Assembly: GCA_963667565.1 (NCBI GenBank) | Contig: OY763415.1 | Location: forward strand, 1,056,001-1,120,000 | Source of the DNA: Acholeplasmataceae bacterium | GTDB taxonomy: Bacteria > Bacillota_I > Bacilli_A > Acholeplasmatales > Acholeplasmataceae | Length of the DNA stretch: 64,000 nt | Direction of reading: 5' to 3' | Part shown: one piece after another, positions 62,067-64,000 of the stretch | Numbering within the stretch: position 1 is the stretch's first letter | Layout: the number at the start of each line of letters is the position of its first letter | Translations under genes and position numbers: made by a program | The notes under the pieces: generated by a model | Told to the model about the DNA's origin: nothing | Databases searched by the model: none | The model's input: the letters and a program-made list of their open reading frames with translations, nothing else

Positions 62067-62779
62067 TATTTAGCCTCCTCTGTTAAAAACTCATCGATAA
62101 TACCTGTGATTTCAGATCCAACTTTTAATCCAATAAGAACATAGACAATTGGAATGATTCCACCAGAGATTAAGTCACCAAGTACACCTTGGTCTAAGAA
62201 ATTAGCTAAGAATACTTGAGCAACAAATAAACCAACAAGTCCTACTGTGACATATAAAATACCAGAGATACTTTCTAAGACTTTAAAGCGCTTCATTTGT
62301 GCTCTAAATTCATCATCAGATAAATATAGGAGTAATAGACTTGATGCGATCATTGCACCACCCGGAAAACCACCACCTGGTGTAAGATGCCCATGAACAA
62401 TAATCATTAAACCTGTGATTAACATGATCGATACGATAAATCTAGAACCTGTCTTAAGCATGAAGTTAGGTTTAAAATCTAATTTCATATGGTTTTTTTG
62501 AGATGCCCCTAATAAAAGTGCAACCCCTAGTGAAGAAATAAATAAAACTGTCACTTCGCCTAACGTATCAAATGAACGAAAATCTACAACAATTGCAGTA
62601 ACTCGGTTTAATGCGTTATCAAGTGTAAAACTATCTTCTGAAACATATTCTTGTGATATACGGTCTGAAAGATCAGCATCTTGATATGGTGTAAATCCAT
62701 CAAGTTGTGATAAACCTAAAATGAGTAATACACCAAATGTTAATACAAATGCAAGTGCGACTAATTGTTTAAATTTCAT
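62066..62779 (-). CDS. MrpB/MnhB-like subunit
   Basis: VTAIVVDFRSFDTLGE, HGHLTPGGGFPGG. Confidence 0.9.
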   Translation of the reverse strand: MKFKQLVALAFVLTFGVLLILGLSQLDGFTPYQDADLSDRISQEYVSEDSFTLDNALNRVTAIVVDFRSFDTLGEVTVLFISSLGVALLLGASQKNHMKLDFKPNFMLKTGSRFIVSIMLITGLMIIVHGHLTPGGGFPGGAMIASSLLLLYLSDDEFRAQMKRFKVLESISGILYVTVGLVGLFVAQVFLANFLDQGVLGDLISGGIIPIVYVLIGLKVGSEITGIIDEFLTEEAK

Positions 62780-63024
62780 AATTTAGCACCTGCTTTCTTT
62801 AAATATATAATTGTAAAAATAAATAATGAAGTGACTAAACCACTTCCAATGACTGCTTCAGTGATTGCAACATCTGGTGCAGATAGAAATACAAAAGCTA
62901 CCACTACAATTAAACTAAGCGCTGATAATAAGATAATACTCTTCATCAGTTTAGATGTATGAACTGATAGAAATGCGATTAATACCAATAGGATTGAAAT
63001 AAACGCTTCTAAAAAATTAATCAT
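62776..63024 (-). CDS. DUF4040/MbhD-like Mrp subunit
   Basis: APDVAITEAVIG; start ATG 63024. Confidence 0.85.
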   Translation of the reverse strand: MINFLEAFISILLVLIAFLSVHTSKLMKSIILLSALSLIVVVAFVFLSAPDVAITEAVIGSGLVTSLFIFTIIYLKKAGAKL

Positions 63025-63349
63025 GTTTATTTTCCTCCTCAATAGTTTCTTTTAAATCATCAATAGTAACATTGTCTGGTGCACCTTGTGATTTATAAAT
63101 TGCTTTTGCTAATACACTTGAACCAACTGGATTTGAAATCGCAATAAACACAATAATAATGATGATTTTAGCTGTTAAATTAGGATATACAAAGATGAGT
63201 CCTAATAACACGCTAAATGTTCCTAAAGTTGTCGCTTTAGTTCCAGCTTGAATTCTGTTAAATGCATCAGGCATACGTAATACACCTAATCCACCAAGAA
63301 AATAGAATAATCCACCAATGATGAATAAAATATAACTAATGACTGTCAT
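63017..63349 (-). CDS. MrpG/MnhG-like subunit
   Basis: GVLRMPD..NRIQAGTKATTLG; start ATG 63349. Confidence 0.88.
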   Translation of the reverse strand: MTVISYILFIIGGLFYFLGGLGVLRMPDAFNRIQAGTKATTLGTFSVLLGLIFVYPNLTAKIIIIIVFIAISNPVGSSVLAKAIYKSQGAPDNVTIDDLKETIEEENKHD

Positions 63350-63614
63350 GGTGCACCTCCACATATCTTGAGAAAACAATCGTTTCTAAAAATGATAATA
63401 TAGCATAAACTAAAACGATATCTAAATACAATTCATTTTTTAAAATTGCTGCTAATAATCCAATACTACCTATAATCATGACATTAAGTGTATCAAGAGA
63501 TACGATACGATCAGTTAGTTTTGGCCCGAATATAAGTCTAACCAAAGTCATTAAGATGCCTAGTCCTAATAAAATTAAAACAATCATAAATCCATAATTT
63601 TCTAAAAATGTCAT
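63336..63614 (-). CDS. MrpF/MnhF-like subunit
   Basis: RLIFGPKLTDRIVSLD. Confidence 0.88.
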   Translation of the reverse strand: MTFLENYGFMIVLILLGLGILMTLVRLIFGPKLTDRIVSLDTLNVMIIGSIGLLAAILKNELYLDIVLVYAILSFLETIVFSRYVEVHHDSH

Positions 63615-64000
63615 TAATTAAACACCACCTTTAATACTTTTTCAAAAAGTGCTGTCATTTTTGTTTTATCTTCTTCTTTCGTTCCTAAAACATTTAATGT
63701 GTGGATATAAATCTCGCCATTTATTATATCTACAGATAATGTTCCTGGAGTTAGTGTGATAGAATTTGCTAGGACAAATTTTGCGATATCACCTTTTAAT
63801 GCTGTTGGTACTTTGACAAAACCTGGATTAAGAGGAATCTTTGGACTCAAAACTCTTCTTGCAACATCTAAATTTGCTAGTATTAACGCATATGTGAATA
63901 CTGGTAAATATAGAAAAATAAATGCAAGTAAACGAATTGGGAATTTAACATCATAAACAATTGGAATAAACTTCATCACAAGTAAAGTTACTACAAATGA
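63614..64000 (-). CDS. MrpE/MnhE-like subunit, 5' end beyond window
   Basis: ANLDVA, LANSITLTPGT; frame open to 64000 (SFVVTLLVMKF). Confidence 0.88.
   Translation of the reverse strand, partial: SFVVTLLVMKFIPIVYDVKFPIRLLAFIFLYLPVFTYALILANLDVARRVLSPKIPLNPGFVKVPTALKGDIAKFVLANSITLTPGTLSVDIINGEIYIHTLNVLGTKEEDKTKMTALFEKVLKVVFN

Noticed and set aside
910..63956. Many short antisense or alternate-frame ORFs in the track (e.g. 910-1128, 16605-17024, 36834-37199, 59493-59780)
   Set aside because: They overlap well-supported genes, lack recognisable motifs and look like shadow ORFs

Overview
AT-rich bacterial chromosome segment read with the standard code (TGA and TAA both act as stops). Its features suggest a wall-less Bacillota/Mollicutes lineage such as Acholeplasmataceae; this is inferred from a ClpB without an N-domain and a surface enzyme anchored by a C-terminal TM rather than LPXTG. 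Most of the window is core metabolism: a starch/pullulan locus, a Liv ABC transporter, a complete acetyl-DAP lysine operon under a lysine riboswitch, clpB with two CIRCE boxes, flotillin/NfeD, peptidases, pyk, a polar amino-acid ABC transporter and a 13-gene Mbx/MBS-type ion-translocating oxidoreductase ending in a NuoI-GltD fusion. Four signals are not explained by the ORF track. (1) A ~230-nt 5' leader of the amino-acid ABC operon has three tandem repeated bulged hairpins inside a long-range stem that excludes an intrinsic terminator; it is a candidate new riboswitch or attenuator. (2) Two tandem, integrase-less Rhs/immunity/regulator cassettes are stacked at the tRNA-Cys 3' end; the second has eroded by microhomology deletions down to one intact gene. 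(3) An ~80-nt independently promoted sRNA with C-rich loops lies after arcA. (4) The lysine riboswitch is miniaturised and lacks the P2/P3 kissing-loop arms. All calls are by eye; no searches or folding were run.
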